Source of the DNA: Roseinatronobacter sp. | GTDB lineage: Bacteria; Pseudomonadota; Alphaproteobacteria; Rhodobacterales; Rhodobacteraceae | DNA: 64,000 nucleotides | NCBI RefSeq assembly: GCF_051859905.1 | Contig: NZ_JBHYEX010000006.1 | Reading direction: 5' to 3' (one strand) | Shown here: in pieces, positions 19,101-28,551 of the stretch | Numbering within the stretch: the stretch's first letter is position 1 | Layout: each line of letters opens with the position of its first letter | Notes under the pieces: model-generated | What the model saw: only the letters and a program-made list of their open reading frames with translations | The model's database searches: none | What the model was told of the DNA's origin: nothing | Made by a program: the position numbers and the translations under genes

Positions 19101-19137
19101 CATGTGCCAAGCCCTGCACTAGGCTTGGCACATGTTT
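19101..19137 (+). promoter_or_regulatory. Perfect 13-bp hairpin after metG that contains the ATG of the next ORF (terminator and/or translational occlusion)
   Basis: CATGTGCCAAGCC (19101-19113), loop ctgcacta, GGCTTGGCACATG (19122-19134), followed by TTT. The ATG at 19132-19134 is the ORF 19132..19386 start. Confidence 0.6.
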
Positions 19138-19386
19138 ACGATAGAACACGATTTCGACGCCACCATCGTTACCCTTGTGGACGAAGGCGCCCCGCGCGAG
19201 GAAGAATTGCGCGAGGATATTATCATTACAGCCTTTGAAGATTGCGTCACCTTGCGCCAGTTTGACCCGCAACGCGATGATGATGTGGTGATTACCCTGT
19301 CACTGGTCCAGTTGCGCGATCTGGGGGCCGCGCTTGACCTGCCCGAAGGCAGTTACAGACTCACCCCGAAGGGCCAGACGCGTTAG
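19132..19386 (+). CDS. Hypothetical small acidic protein (84 aa)
   Basis: ORF 19132..19386 has coding-like, Asp/Glu-rich composition. There is no obvious SD, and its ATG lies inside the 3' arm of a perfect 13-bp hairpin (19101-19134), so translation is uncertain. Confidence 0.5.
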   Translation: MFTIEHDFDATIVTLVDEGAPREEELREDIIITAFEDCVTLRQFDPQRDDDVVITLSLVQLRDLGAALDLPEGSYRLTPKGQTR

Positions 19387-19576
19387 CCGCAAATCGGGCG
19401 GTTTATTGCGCCATGCACGCGCATTGCCGCTGTTCTGCGCTGCAGCGTCGACATCGTTTGACAAAGCTATGTCCCCTCCGGCAGGTTGGGGTCAAGACGG
19501 GGGACGAATCAGCCTCCCCGCACCCCCGACAGTGACATAGGAATGCGCCCCCTCCGGGGCAGAGAAAGGAAGTGCC

Positions 19577-20953
19577 ATGCTTACCAATGATCAACTCAGC
19601 CAATGGGATAGAGAGAACTTTCTGCACCCCTCGACTGCCTTTGGCCAGCATGCACGCGGCGAAAGTGCCAACCGTATCGTAAAGTCAGGCAGCGGTGTCT
19701 ATATTGAGGACCGTGACGGCAACCGCCTGCTGGACGCCTTTGCGGGGCTGTATTGCGTCAATGTGGGCTACGGACGCACCGAGATTGCCGAAGCGATTTC
19801 CAAGCAGGCGCATGAGTTGTCCTACTATCACGCTTATGTCGGCCACGGCACAGAAGCATCGATCACGCTGGCCAAGATGGTCGCAGACCGTGCGCCTGCA
19901 CATATGAACAAGGTCTATTTCGGCCTTGGCGGGTCGGATGCGAATGAAACGAATGTGAAACTTGTGTGGTATATCCAGAATGTTCTGGGCCGCCCCGAAA
20001 AACGCAAGATCATCTCGCGCTGGCGCGGCTATCACGGGTCGGGCCTGATTACCGGCTCGCTGACAGGGTTGACGCCGTTTCACAACAAATTCGGCCTGCC
20101 CCTGTCCGAGGTTGTCCATACCGAAGCGCCCTATTATTTCCGCCGCCCGCGCAAGGACATGTCCGAAGCCGAATTCACCGCCCATTGCGCCGCAGAACTG
20201 GAAGCACTTATCGAACGCGAAGGCGCCGACACAATCGGGGCGTTTATCGGCGAACCGATCCTGGGCACCGGCGGCATTGTTCCCCCGCCCGCAGGCTACT
20301 GGGACGCCATTCAGGCCATCTTGAAAAAACACGACATCCTGCTGATCGCGGATGAGGTCGTAACCGGCTTTGGCCGCTTGGGCACCATGATGGGGTCCAC
20401 GCATTACGGCATCACGCCCGATATCATCACCATCGCCAAGGGCCTGACATCCGCCTACGCGCCCTTGTCCGGCTCGATTGTCAGTGACGACTTGTTCAAG
20501 GTGCTGGAAGATGGCACCGACAAATTCGGCCCCTTCGGACATGGCTGGACCTATTCGGCGCATCCCATCGGCGCGGCTGCAGGCGTTGCTAACCTGAAAC
20601 TGGTTGACGATCTGGGTCTGGTCCAAAACTCGCGCGACACGGGCGCCTATTTCCAGCAAGCGCTGAAAACCGCACTTGGCACACATCGCTTTGTGGGTGA
20701 TGTGCGCGGCGAAGGGTTGATGGCCGCTGTCGAATTGCAGCGCGATCCGGCCAACGGTGACGATTTCGACGCCGCCGACAAGGTTACCGCGCGCGTAGTA
20801 GGCGAAATGGCCAAGCGCAATGTCATTGCCCGCGCCATGCCACAGGGCGAGATCATTGGCTTTGCGCCCCCGCTTTGCATTACACCCGCGGAAATTGATC
20901 TTGTGGTCGATGTGACCGTCGATGCGCTGAACGCCGTGACGGGCGGGTTGTAA
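19577..20953 (+). CDS. Class III (omega) aminotransferase, PLP-dependent (beta-alanine/putrescine--pyruvate transaminase-like)
   Basis: 458 aa. Contains GLYCVNVGYGR, GGSDANE, the DEVVTGFGRLG motif and the PLP-Lys context DIITIAKGLTSAY. Confidence 0.92.
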   Translation: MLTNDQLSQWDRENFLHPSTAFGQHARGESANRIVKSGSGVYIEDRDGNRLLDAFAGLYCVNVGYGRTEIAEAISKQAHELSYYHAYVGHGTEASITLAKMVADRAPAHMNKVYFGLGGSDANETNVKLVWYIQNVLGRPEKRKIISRWRGYHGSGLITGSLTGLTPFHNKFGLPLSEVVHTEAPYYFRRPRKDMSEAEFTAHCAAELEALIEREGADTIGAFIGEPILGTGGIVPPPAGYWDAIQAILKKHDILLIADEVVTGFGRLGTMMGSTHYGITPDIITIAKGLTSAYAPLSGSIVSDDLFKVLEDGTDKFGPFGHGWTYSAHPIGAAAGVANLKLVDDLGLVQNSRDTGAYFQQALKTALGTHRFVGDVRGEGLMAAVELQRDPANGDDFDAADKVTARVVGEMAKRNVIARAMPQGEIIGFAPPLCITPAEIDLVVDVTVDALNAVTGGL

Positions 20954-20964
20954 CCAGTCCCCAA

Positions 20965-21008
20965 GCCCCTTTCCGGGTGCCACGGCACGCGGAAAGGGGC
21001 CTTTTCTT
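20965..21008 (+). terminator. Putative intrinsic terminator after the aminotransferase gene
   Basis: A perfect 11-bp stem, GCCCCTTTCCG (20965-20975) / CGGAAAGGGGC (20990-21000), is followed by CTTTTCTT. It starts 12 nt after the stop codon. Confidence 0.7.
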
Positions 21009-21032
21009 GCCCTGTTCAAGGTTTAGGCATCC

Positions 21033-22214
21033 ATGACCACAACAAACCCGAATTTCACCGATGCCGAATATGAAGCGCGTGTCGCGCAGACACGCGCCGA
21101 AATGGCCAAGCGCGGTATCGACCTGCTTGTCATCTCCGACCCGTCCAACATGAACTGGATTTCAGGCTATGACGGCTGGTCTTTCTATGTGCATCAGGCC
21201 GTGCTGCTGCCGATGGAGGGGGAACCCGTCTGGTGGGGGCGCGGCATTGACGAGCCGGGCGCAAGGCGCACTGTCTTTATGAAAGACGGCGCCAATATCG
21301 TGCCCTATGACGACAGCTATGTGCAAAACCCCCAGAAACACACGATGGAGGCCCTGTCCTCGCTGATTATCGATCGGGGCTGGCATACCGGCTGGATCGG
21401 TGTCGAGATGGACAATTACTACTATTCCGCAGCCGCCCACCAGACCTTGCTCAACCATCTGGGCGATGCGCGTTTCGTGGATGCGACAGGACTGGTGAAC
21501 TGGCAGCGGCTGGTGAAATCCGAATCCGAATTGCTGTATATGCGCCGCGCCGCACGGATCGTGGAACGCATGCATCAGGTTATTCTGGATGTCGCCGAAC
21601 CTGGCATGCCCAAGAACATGCTGGTTGCGGAAATCACCCGCGCGGGCATTCAGGGCGCGGACGGGCAATGGGGCGACTACCCCGCCATCGTTCCAATGGC
21701 GCCGTCCGGCCTTGACGCGACCGCGGCACATCTGACATGGGATGACCGCCCCATGCGCGCGGGTGAAGCCACCTTCTTCGAGATTGCAGGCGTGCATCGC
21801 CGCTACCATTGCCCCCAATCACGCACATTATTTTTCGGCACAGTCCCCGATCTTTACCGCCGCGCAGAAGAGGCGGTTCTGGAAGCGACGCAAGCAGGGC
21901 TTTCCTATTGCCGTGCGGGCGCGCGTGCCGAAGACGTGGCAATCGCCTTCAATGTCACGCTGAACAAAAAGGGTTTTGAAAAAGACAATCGCTGCGGCTA
22001 CTCCATCGGCTTAAGCTACCCCCCTGACTGGGGCGAACGCACCTTGTCGTTGCGCAGCGGTGCCATGACCGAACTGAAACCCGGCATGGTCCTGCATTTC
22101 ATGCCCGCCCTGTGGCTGGAAGATGGCGGGCTGGAAATTACCGAACCTGTTCTGATCACAGAGAACGGGCCGGAATTGCTGTGCTCCACCCCGCAAGAGA
22201 TATTTGTGAAATAA
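21033..22214 (+). CDS. M24-family metallohydrolase (creatinase/Xaa-Pro peptidase fold)
   Basis: 393 aa with a creatinase-type N-terminal domain and a pita-bread C-terminal domain (HLTWDDRPMRAGEATFFEIAGVHRRYH...GYSIGLSYPPDWGE). The substrate cannot be called from sequence alone. Confidence 0.85.
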   Translation: MTTTNPNFTDAEYEARVAQTRAEMAKRGIDLLVISDPSNMNWISGYDGWSFYVHQAVLLPMEGEPVWWGRGIDEPGARRTVFMKDGANIVPYDDSYVQNPQKHTMEALSSLIIDRGWHTGWIGVEMDNYYYSAAAHQTLLNHLGDARFVDATGLVNWQRLVKSESELLYMRRAARIVERMHQVILDVAEPGMPKNMLVAEITRAGIQGADGQWGDYPAIVPMAPSGLDATAAHLTWDDRPMRAGEATFFEIAGVHRRYHCPQSRTLFFGTVPDLYRRAEEAVLEATQAGLSYCRAGARAEDVAIAFNVTLNKKGFEKDNRCGYSIGLSYPPDWGERTLSLRSGAMTELKPGMVLHFMPALWLEDGGLEITEPVLITENGPELLCSTPQEIFVK

Positions 22215-22294
22215 CGCAACCCCGCCGCGCAGGCTGGTTTTCATTCTGGCCCAAATATCCAAAAACCTCTCTGCTGGCAAACAGGCTATAGCAA

Positions 22295-22321
22295 GCAGAA
22301 AACCGGCATCCGGTTTTCTGC
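22295..22321. terminator. Hairpin between convergent genes (M24 hydrolase and rnj); possible bidirectional terminator
   Basis: A perfect 12-bp stem, GCAGAAAACCGG-cat-CCGGTTTTCTGC. There is no long flanking U-tract, so terminator function is inferred from position only. Confidence 0.5.
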
Positions 22322-22345
22322 GACATGCCCTGCAACGCGGCCCTG

Positions 22346-24019
22346 TCAGTCATTCATCAGGCGGCTGACAACAATCGTGACTTCGGGCTTCTTGCCAATT
22401 TCTTCCATTGTGACCTGACGCACCAAGCGGCGCAGGCCGTCATTCAGCTTGTCATCATCCGCCATGGTCTTGGCACCGGCACGTTCCAGATATTGCGCCA
22501 GCTCCTCCTCAATAATTTCGTTCAGGGGCTGCCCGCCCTTGCCCGTCGGACGCAGTCCCACAATTTCGGCCCAGGGATCGCCCAGCACATCATCTTCTTC
22601 GTCCAGAATAAGCGTCACGAACACATGCCCGCCAATCGCCATTCGAATCCGGTCGCGCACCACGCCGTCCATCGCACCAATCATCCGGCTGCCATCCAGA
22701 TAGATGCGGCCGGTGTCAACCTCGTCCACCAGAACGGGTGCGGCACCGCTCAGGTCGACAACCGACCCGTTTGGCACGACCATGGACTGCATCCCGCGCG
22801 CTATCGCCAGTTTCGCGTGTTCGTGCAACATGCGGTGTTCCCCATGAATGGGGATCAGCATTTGTGGCTGGATCAGATCATGCATCGCTTCCAGATCGGG
22901 GCGGTTGGCATGGCCTGACACATGATACAGCCGTTCGGAGTTATCCAGAACATCCACACCCATTTGCGACAGCGCATTCACGACACGCCCCACCTCACGT
23001 TCGTTTCCCGGAATCGTCATGGATGAAAACAGGAACGTGTCGCCTTCTTTCATGTTCAGGCCCATATAAGTCCCGCGCGCCAACTGCGCCGAGGCCGCGC
23101 GCCGTTCGCCCTGACTGCCTGTAACAATCAGCAACAGGTTTTCGCGCGGTACATCTTTGGCCGCTTCGGGGCTGATGGTCGGCGGAAAGTCCTTCAGGAT
23201 GCCCGCTTCTGTCGCCACTTGTGTCATGCGCAGCATGGCCCGCCCCATCAGGCAGACAGACCGTCCTGCCTCATGGGCGGCCACTGCCAGCGTTTTCAGT
23301 CGCGCGACATTCGATGCAAATGTCGTGGCCACGACCATGCCGCGCGCATCGCGCATCAACTGCGCAATGGGGTCGGTCAAGGTGGCCTCGGACCGGCCGG
23401 CATGTTTGTTCATGACATTGGTGCTGTCACACAGCAGTGCCTTGACACCACTACGGCCGATTTCTGCCAGCAATTCAGGGTCATGGGGTTCGCCCACGCC
23501 GGGGGTGCGGTCGGCCTTGAAATCCCCGGAATGCACAACGCGACCTGCGGGCGTATCAATCACCACACCAGACGCCTCGGGCAGCGAATGGGCCACGGGG
23601 AAAAACTGGACCCGAAACGGGCCAAGCTCCAGCGCTTCGGGGGCCTTGCCCACGGTAATCACCTGTTCGGGGTCCTGACCGGCATCCTGCATCTTCAGCC
23701 GTGCAATGCGTGCGGTAAAATCGCGGGCATAGACCGGCACCTTCAGCTTGTGCCACAACTGCCCGACAGCGCCGACATGATCTTCATGCGCGTGGGTGAT
23801 GATAATCCCTTCCAGACGGTCGCGCCGCTCTTCCAGCCAGCGCAGGTCCGGCATGATCAGGTCCACGCCCGGGCTGGATGCCATATCGGCAAAGGTCACA
23901 CCCAGATCAACAAGGATCAGGCGTTCACGCCCTTTTGGCCCATAGCCGAAGACATAGGCATTCATGCCCACCTCGCCCGCGCCACCAAGGGGTAGATAGA
24001 TCAGCCTGTCTTTGCTCAT
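22346..24019 (-). CDS. rnj: Ribonuclease J (metallo-beta-lactamase / beta-CASP family)
   Basis: 557 aa. The N-terminus is LPLGGAGEVGMNAYVF. It has the HxHxDH motif (ITHAHEDHVGAV) and a beta-CASP region. Confidence 0.92.
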   Translation of the reverse strand: MSKDRLIYLPLGGAGEVGMNAYVFGYGPKGRERLILVDLGVTFADMASSPGVDLIMPDLRWLEERRDRLEGIIITHAHEDHVGAVGQLWHKLKVPVYARDFTARIARLKMQDAGQDPEQVITVGKAPEALELGPFRVQFFPVAHSLPEASGVVIDTPAGRVVHSGDFKADRTPGVGEPHDPELLAEIGRSGVKALLCDSTNVMNKHAGRSEATLTDPIAQLMRDARGMVVATTFASNVARLKTLAVAAHEAGRSVCLMGRAMLRMTQVATEAGILKDFPPTISPEAAKDVPRENLLLIVTGSQGERRAASAQLARGTYMGLNMKEGDTFLFSSMTIPGNEREVGRVVNALSQMGVDVLDNSERLYHVSGHANRPDLEAMHDLIQPQMLIPIHGEHRMLHEHAKLAIARGMQSMVVPNGSVVDLSGAAPVLVDEVDTGRIYLDGSRMIGAMDGVVRDRIRMAIGGHVFVTLILDEEDDVLGDPWAEIVGLRPTGKGGQPLNEIIEEELAQYLERAGAKTMADDDKLNDGLRRLVRQVTMEEIGKKPEVTIVVSRLMND

Positions 24020-24807
24020 GCCTGCTCCTGTAAACTGCTATTGGTCATGTTATAGTCGTAAATGACGCAAAGACCATGTAATGTCAGATCATCCTCGACC
24101 GTGTCAAACAGCGTTTGCGCCTGTGCGAACAGGGGCGCAAGCCCGCCGGTGCCGATTACTTTCATCGGGCGGCCGTATTCAGCGCGTATACGCGCGGTTA
24201 TGCCTTCGATCAGGCCGATATAGCCCCAGAACACACCAGACTGGATACAGGCAACCGTGTCGGTGCCAATAACCTTGTCCGGGCGCGAAATATCGACATG
24301 TGGCAGCGCCGCCGCCCCCTGATGCAACGCTTCCAGCGACAGGTTCACCCCCGGAGAGATGACGCCCCCCACATAGGCCCCGTCATGGGCGACCACATCA
24401 AAATTTGTGGCGGTGCCGAAATCAACCACAACAACATCGCCGCCATGCCGGTCAAAAGCGCCAGCGGCATTGGCCAGCCGGTCGGGGCCGGGGCGCACCC
24501 CTTCGTCCACGCGCGGCGGAACGGGCAACAGACAATCGGGTTTGCCGACAACCAACGGGCGACACCCGAAATAACGGTCGCACAGAACCCGCAGGTTGAA
24601 CACGACGCGCGGAACAGTCGATGAAATAATCACGCCCTTGATGTCCAGCTTCACGCCCTTGATATTCATCAGGGTCGACAGCCACACATAATACTGATCA
24701 GCGGTGCGCGTGGCTTCGGTCGAGGTGCGCCATGTCGCCAGAAACTGCGTGCCATCCCAAACAGCGAAGACGGTATTCGTGTTTCCACAATCAATGGTCA
24801 AAAGCAT
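24016..24807 (-). CDS. coaX: Type III pantothenate kinase
   Basis: 263 aa. The N-terminus is MLLTIDCGNTNTVFAVW and the VVDFGTATNFD motif is present. Its stop overlaps the rnj ATG (ATGA). Confidence 0.93.
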   Translation of the reverse strand: MLLTIDCGNTNTVFAVWDGTQFLATWRTSTEATRTADQYYVWLSTLMNIKGVKLDIKGVIISSTVPRVVFNLRVLCDRYFGCRPLVVGKPDCLLPVPPRVDEGVRPGPDRLANAAGAFDRHGGDVVVVDFGTATNFDVVAHDGAYVGGVISPGVNLSLEALHQGAAALPHVDISRPDKVIGTDTVACIQSGVFWGYIGLIEGITARIRAEYGRPMKVIGTGGLAPLFAQAQTLFDTVEDDLTLHGLCVIYDYNMTNSSLQEQA

Positions 24808-24825
24808 GGCACGGCCCTTTCGCGT

Positions 24826-25569
24826 TCAAAAAAACACATCTGCAGCAGGAATGGTGCGCCGCCCTTGCGCTGTGCGCAGCATCAGCGCCCCTGTTGCATC
24901 AATCCCTTCAAAGGTGCCTTCGTGACTGTCTGTAACTGTCCGCGCGACAATGCACTCCCCAAGCCGCGCGGCGCTGTTCATCCACGCCTGCCGGATCGAT
25001 GCGAACCCGTAGGTCACCAGCTGGTGTTCCCATTTTGCATAGGCTGGCGCCAGAACATCAAGGAATTCTTCGGGGGACATGGCAATACCGGTTTCCGACA
25101 TCAGGCTGACGGGCCGCAATGCGCCCTGTTCGGGATCAGGCGCATGCAGCAGGTTCACCCCGATCCCGATTGCAAGATGGCCGACCTGCGCACCCTGTCC
25201 GACACTTTCCAACAAGATACCCGCCAGTTTTCCGCCATTTAGCAGCACATCATTCGGCCATTTCAAGGCAAAACTCTCGGGTCGCGCGGTGACGGTGACC
25301 AAGGCTTCATGTAGCGCCAGCGCCGCCACAAAGGACCGCAGCGCCACTTGATCCGGCGGACCGCCCGGCCGTGTCACATAGGTGGCGGCGAAATTTCCCA
25401 CAGGGTCACGCCAATCGCGCCCGCGCCGTCCGCGCCCCTGAGTCTGGCGCAAGGCCAATATCCAGCATGGGCCACCAAGGCCGGACGCCATGCGCGCGGC
25501 CTCGGCATTGGTGCTGTCGGTTTCTGGCAGGACGCGACGCCCGACCCCCTCAGGCCAGCTATTTGACAA
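24826..25569 (-). CDS. birA: Biotin--[acetyl-CoA-carboxylase] ligase (group I, no HTH domain)
   Basis: Contains ETDSTNAEA and the GRGRRGRDW biotin-binding loop. The ORF has no in-frame ATG near the N-terminus, so the start is TTG 25569 (preferred, SNSWPEGVG...) or TTG 25602. Either overlaps the nuoN 3' end. Confidence 0.86.
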   Translation of the reverse strand: MSNSWPEGVGRRVLPETDSTNAEAARMASGLGGPCWILALRQTQGRGRRGRDWRDPVGNFAATYVTRPGGPPDQVALRSFVAALALHEALVTVTARPESFALKWPNDVLLNGGKLAGILLESVGQGAQVGHLAIGIGVNLLHAPDPEQGALRPVSLMSETGIAMSPEEFLDVLAPAYAKWEHQLVTYGFASIRQAWMNSAARLGECIVARTVTDSHEGTFEGIDATGALMLRTAQGRRTIPAADVFF

Positions 25570-26998
25570 GGGCTTCTGCCGCCAGCGCCGCCATCCCCTC
25601 AATGCCGAACAGGTTGATAACGCCCAACACCATCAATGCGGCCGATGCAACCAGTAGCGTCGCCTGAACCGGCGCACGCACGCTGTCCAGCGGTTCGGTG
25701 GTTTCACCGAAATACATGTAATAGACGATGCGCAAATAGTAGAACGCCCCGATCACGGACGCGACAACGCCTGCCACCGCCAGCCATGTCAGGCCAGCCT
25801 GCACGGCAGCCCACAAAACATAGAATTTGCCAAAGAAGCCCACCAGCGGCGGAACACCTGCAAGGCTGAACAACAGCACCAGCAACGCCAGTGCGCGCAA
25901 CGGCTCGGCCTTGGAATACTGGCGCAGGCTGTCGATATCCGTAACGGGTTTCCCATCGCGCGACATGGTCAGAATGAAGGCGAAAACACCGATATTCATG
26001 GTGACATAAATCGCCATGTAAACCAGCATCCCCTGCACGCCCTGCGCCGTACCCGCCGCAAGGCCGACCAGCGCGAACCCCATATGCGTGATAGAGGAAT
26101 AGGCCATAAGGCGCTTGATATCGCGCTGCCCGATCGCCGCAATCGACCCCACGAACATGGACGCAAGTGCCAGAAACGCGATAATCTGCGACCAGTCGCC
26201 GGGCACCACCCCGAAGGCTTCGTGCACGACACGCGCAACCAGTGCCATGGCCGCCACTTTCGGGGCCGTGGCAAAGAACGCGGTCACGGGTGTTGGCGCC
26301 CCCTCATAGACGTCAGGCGTCCACATATGGAAGGGAACCGCCGAGACCTTGAAGGCCAGACCGGCCAGCATGAACGCCATGCCCATCAACAGACCGACCG
26401 ACATGCCGTCTTCCGAAATGGTGCTGATGATGCCCGCAAACAGCGTGGTCCCCGCATAGCCATAGGTCAGCGACGCGCCATACAGCAAAAGCCCGGACGC
26501 CAGCGACCCAAGGATAAAATACTTCAGGCCCGCCTCGGTCGAGCGCGCGGAATCGCGGTTCATGGTGGCCACGACATACAGTGCCAGCGATTGCAACTCC
26601 AGGCCCATATACAGCGCGATCAGATCGCCCGCGGACACCATCAGCATCATGCCGACAACCGACAGCGCAATCAGGATGGGGTATTCGAAACGCAGCAAAC
26701 CGCGCGCCAGCATGTAGGATTGGCCCATCACCATGACGATAGCTGCCGACAGCAACACGATCATCTTGGAGAATTGCGCGAACGGGTCGGAAATATACAT
26801 TCCGTTAAAGGCCGTCTGAACCTCCAGCCCCTGCGCGCCGGAATACAGTGCCAGCAGAACCATCAGCGCTGCCGTTGCCCACAAAATGGGTTCGGCCAGC
26901 TTGTCCTTGCCGCCATAGACACCCACCATCAGTGCGGCCATTGCATAAAGCGCAAGGACGATCTCTGGCAGGGCTGTGTAAAGATCAGCTCCGATCAT
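25559..26998 (-). CDS. nuoN: NADH-quinone oxidoreductase subunit N
   Basis: A 479-aa antiporter-like polytopic membrane protein. It is the last gene of the nuoA-N order. Confidence 0.96.
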   Translation of the reverse strand: MIGADLYTALPEIVLALYAMAALMVGVYGGKDKLAEPILWATAALMVLLALYSGAQGLEVQTAFNGMYISDPFAQFSKMIVLLSAAIVMVMGQSYMLARGLLRFEYPILIALSVVGMMLMVSAGDLIALYMGLELQSLALYVVATMNRDSARSTEAGLKYFILGSLASGLLLYGASLTYGYAGTTLFAGIISTISEDGMSVGLLMGMAFMLAGLAFKVSAVPFHMWTPDVYEGAPTPVTAFFATAPKVAAMALVARVVHEAFGVVPGDWSQIIAFLALASMFVGSIAAIGQRDIKRLMAYSSITHMGFALVGLAAGTAQGVQGMLVYMAIYVTMNIGVFAFILTMSRDGKPVTDIDSLRQYSKAEPLRALALLVLLFSLAGVPPLVGFFGKFYVLWAAVQAGLTWLAVAGVVASVIGAFYYLRIVYYMYFGETTEPLDSVRAPVQATLLVASAALMVLGVINLFGIEGMAALAAEALVK

Positions 26999-27009
26999 TG
27001 CGGGACCTT

Positions 27010-28551
27010 TCAGTTCTGTGCCAACTGGGATGCAGACTCATATGCCTGCAACGCCAGCGAATGCCCTTCGACCAATGCCGAAACCGAAGGGCCAATAATA
27101 TCGGTGATAAGCGCGGGATAGATGCCAAGGAGCAGTGTCATCGCGATAAGCGGCGCGATAAGCGCCTTCTCGCGGCGGTCCATGTCCTTGATGCCTTTAA
27201 GCGATTCCTTGATCAACTCGCCCATGACAACGCGGCGGAACAACCACAGTGCATAGCCCGCAGACAGGATAACGCCCGTGGCCGCGAACAGCGCCACCCA
27301 GGTATTGACCTGAAACACCGCCATGAAGGTCAGGAATTCGCCGACAAACCCGGATGTGCCCGGCAGACCGACATTCGCCATGGTGAACAGCAGGAACACT
27401 GCCGCATAAACCGGCATGCGGTTGATAAGCCCGCCATAGGCCGAAATCTCGCGGGTGTGCATCCGGTCGTAAATGACCCCCACCGCAAGGAACAAGGCAC
27501 CAGAGATAAACCCGTGGCTGATCATCTGGAAGATCGCACCATCAACGCCCTGTTGATTGGCCGCAAAAATGCCCATCGTCACAAAGCCCATATGCGCGAC
27601 CGACGAATAGGCGATCAGCTTCTTCATATCGGTCTGCATCAGCGCCACAAGGCTGGTATACACAATCGCAATCGCGGACAGCCACAGCACCAGCGGCGCG
27701 AAAATGTCGCTGGCAACAGGGAACATGGGCAGCGAGAAACGCAAGAACCCGTAGCCGCCCATTTTCAGCAACACGGCCGCCAGCACAACCGACCCCGCCG
27801 TGGGGGCCTGCACATGGGCGTCCGGCAGCCATGTATGCACAGGCCACATCGGCATTTTCACGGCAAAGGACGCGAAAAACGCCAGCCACAGCAGCGTTTG
27901 CATGCCACCGATCACCTGCCAGCCCATCAGGCTGAAGGTTTCTGTGCTGAACTGGTGGCCCAGCAGGGTGGGAATATCCGTGGTGCCTGCATCGACATAC
28001 ATCGCGATCATGGCAACCAGCATCAACACCGACCCAAGGAACGTATACAGGAAGAACTTGAACGCTGCATAAATGCGTTCCTTGCCGCCCCAAATGCCGA
28101 TGATCAGGAACATCGGGATCAGGCCCGCCTCGAAGAACAGATAGAACAGCACCAGATCCAGCGCCGTGAACACGCCGATCATCAGCGTTTCCAGCAGAAG
28201 GAACGCGATCATGTATTCCTTGACGCGGTGTGACACGTTCCAGCATGCGCCAATGGTGATGGGCATCAGGAAAGTCGTCAGCATCACGAACAGGATCGAA
28301 ATGCCGTCAACCCCCATCTTGTAAGTGAAGCCCATGATCCAGTCATGTTCTTCCACAAACTGGAAGCCGGTATCTTGCGGGTCAAAGCCCACCAGCAGGA
28401 TAAGCGATGCGGCGAACGTGGCCAAGGTCGCAATCAGCGCCACCCATTTGGCGTTATTCTGTGCGGCCTCATCCTCGCCACGCAGGAAAATCGCCAGAAT
28501 GACCGCTGCAATGGCAGGGGTGAATGTAATAATCGACAGCAGGTTCAGCAT
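27010..28551 (-). CDS. nuoM: NADH-quinone oxidoreductase subunit M
   Basis: A 513-aa antiporter-like subunit ([28 protein letters not shown]). Confidence 0.96.
   Translation of the reverse strand: MLNLLSIITFTPAIAAVILAIFLRGEDEAAQNNAKWVALIATLATFAASLILLVGFDPQDTGFQFVEEHDWIMGFTYKMGVDGISILFVMLTTFLMPITIGACWNVSHRVKEYMIAFLLLETLMIGVFTALDLVLFYLFFEAGLIPMFLIIGIWGGKERIYAAFKFFLYTFLGSVLMLVAMIAMYVDAGTTDIPTLLGHQFSTETFSLMGWQVIGGMQTLLWLAFFASFAVKMPMWPVHTWLPDAHVQAPTAGSVVLAAVLLKMGGYGFLRFSLPMFPVASDIFAPLVLWLSAIAIVYTSLVALMQTDMKKLIAYSSVAHMGFVTMGIFAANQQGVDGAIFQMISHGFISGALFLAVGVIYDRMHTREISAYGGLINRMPVYAAVFLLFTMANVGLPGTSGFVGEFLTFMAVFQVNTWVALFAATGVILSAGYALWLFRRVVMGELIKESLKGIKDMDRREKALIAPLIAMTLLLGIYPALITDIIGPSVSALVEGHSLALQAYESASQLAQN

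Noticed and set aside
19478-19506. Resemblance of CCGGCAGGTTGGGGTCAAGACGGGGGAC to the guanidine-III (ykkC-III) riboswitch core (…GGUCAGGACAAGACGG…)
   Set aside because: Only short fragments match. The pseudoknot-forming ACCCGG segment and the spacing are absent, and the gene context (aminotransferase) and taxon do not fit the class.
19685-21019. 444-aa ORF on the minus strand
   Set aside because: It is exactly antisense to the well-supported class III aminotransferase. Its product is Arg/Gly/Ala/Gln/His-rich with no recognisable motifs, the typical high-GC antisense artefact.
19577-22214. Aminotransferase + M24 hydrolase as an ectoine-degradation (DoeD/DoeA) module
   Set aside because: No doeB/doeC-like genes or ectoine transporter genes are adjacent. 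A strong terminator (20965-21008) separates the two genes. M24 creatinase-fold enzymes have many substrates.
22238-22262. Possible degenerate reverse copy of the 22-mer repeat (TTTTCATTCTGGCCCAAATATCC)
   Set aside because: Only about 13 of 19 defining positions match and there is no adjacent G/C hairpin. This is within chance expectation for this window size.
26848-28233. 461-aa ORF on the plus strand (also 26084..27121 and 29118..30317)
   Set aside because: These ORFs are antisense to nuoN, nuoM and nuoL. Their translations are dominated by R, H, Q, G and D with no hydrophobic core. The nuo frames carry unmistakable family motifs.
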